Source of the DNA: Zygnema circumcarinatum SAG 698-1b
Lineage: Eukaryota > Plantae > Zygnematophyceae
Assembly (NCBI GenBank): GCA_037447605.1
Contig: CM074816.1
Coordinates: forward strand, 1,640,525-1,704,524
Length of the DNA stretch: 64,000 bases
Direction: 5' to 3'
In this document: positions 62,880-64,000 of the stretch, in pieces
How the letters are laid out: each line of letters begins with the position of its first letter
How positions within the stretch are numbered: position 1 is the stretch's first letter
The notes under the pieces: model-generated
The model's database searches: none
Told to the model about the DNA's origin: nothing
Seen by the model: only the letters and a program-made list of their open reading frames with translations
Translations under genes and position numbers: made by a program

Positions 62880-64000
62880 TTTCTTCCCTTGCGCTCTCCC
62901 TCGGTCCATTTCCCCTCGCTCGTCCTCTCCCTACCTCTCTCCCTCTCTCCCTCCCCCCTCTCGCTCTCGCTCTCTCTCACTCCCCCTCCTTTCTTCCTCT
63001 CTCCCTCCCCCCCCCGCTCACTCTCTCTCACTCCCCCCCCTCTCTCCCTCTCTCCCTCTTCCCCGCTCTCTCTCTCTCTCCTCCCCCTCTTCTCCCCCTC
63101 TCTCCCTTCCCTCTCTCTCTCTCTCATCCCCCCTCCTCTCTCCCTCTCTCCCTCCCCCTCCTCTCCCTCTCTCCCTCCCCCCTCTCTCTCTCTCACTCCC
63201 CCTCCTCTCCCCCTCTCTCCCTCCCCCCCTCTCTCTCACTCACTCCCCCTCCTCTCTCCCTCTTCCCCCCGCTCTCTCTCTCTCTCACTCCCCCTCTTCT
63301 TCCCCTCTCTCCCTCCCCCCCCCCTCTCACTCTCACTCCCCCACCTCACTCTCTCTCTCACTCCCCCTCCTCTCTCCCTCTCTCCCTCCCCCCCCTCTCT
63401 CTCTCTCACTCCCTCTCCTCTCTCCCTCTCTCCATTCCCCCCCGCTGTCTCTCTCTCACTCCCCCTCCTCTCTCCCTCTCTCCCTCCCCCCCCTCTCTCT
63501 CTCTCTCACTCCCCGTCCTCTCTCCCTCTCCCTCCTCCCCGCTCTCTCTCTCTCACTCCCCCTCCTCTCTCCCTCTCTCCATTCCCCCCCGCTGTCTCTC
63601 TCTCACTCCCCCTCCTCTCTCCCTCTCTCCCTCCCCCCCTCTCTCTCTCTCTCACTCCCCGTCCTCTCTCCCTCTCCCTCCTCCCCGCTCTCTCTCTCTC
63701 ACTCCCCCTCCTCTCTCTCTCTCCCTCTTCCCCCCGCTCTCTCTCTTTCTCTTACTCCCCCCCTCTCCCGCTCTCTCCCTCCCCCTCCGCTCTCTCTCTC
63801 TCTCACCCCCCCTCCTCTCTCCCTCTCTCACTCCCCCCCCTCTCTCTCTCTCTCACTCCCCCCCCCGCTCTGTCTCTCTCACACTCCCCCTCCTCTCTCC
63901 CTCTCTCCCTTCCCCCACCCCGCTCTCTCTCACACTCCCCCTCCTCTCTCCCACTCTCCCTCCCCCCCCCCGCTCTCTCTCTCTCTCACTCCCCCTCCTC
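62880..64000 (+). repeat. Polypyrimidine minisatellite in BET3 intron 4
   Basis: Recurring CTCTCTCACTCCCCCTCCTCTCTCCCTCTCTCCC units. Confidence 0.92.

Overview
Eukaryotic nuclear DNA from a repeat-rich draft assembly (many 10-N gaps, one 100-N gap). It is most likely a streptophyte green alga or other green plant; this is inferred from plastid-targeted genes, TTTAGGG/TTAGGG tracts and tRNA-iMet-primed chromoviruses. Spliced genes: EMB1703-like (+), a small putative membrane protein (-), DDRGK1/UFBP1 (-), class I fructose-bisphosphate aldolase (+), plastid IGPS (-), BET3/TRAPPC3 (+, partial), and two paralogous NIDO + ricin-B-like + legume-lectin genes, one carrying an extra PAN/apple exon. 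Mobile DNA: two related Ty3/gypsy elements (one with a visible chromodomain), a 444-bp TRIM nested in one of them, a Copia remnant, and two nests of non-autonomous DNA transposons with resolvable TIRs and TSDs. Best candidates for novelty: (1) the TRIM, whose LTRs carry a tRNA-shaped Pol III module and share their start with the host LTR; (2) an extra domain between Gag and protease that resembles a degenerate adenine methyltransferase, preceded by a conserved -1 frameshift signal; (3) the NIDO-ricin-(PAN)-L-lectin protein family. All alignments were done by eye.
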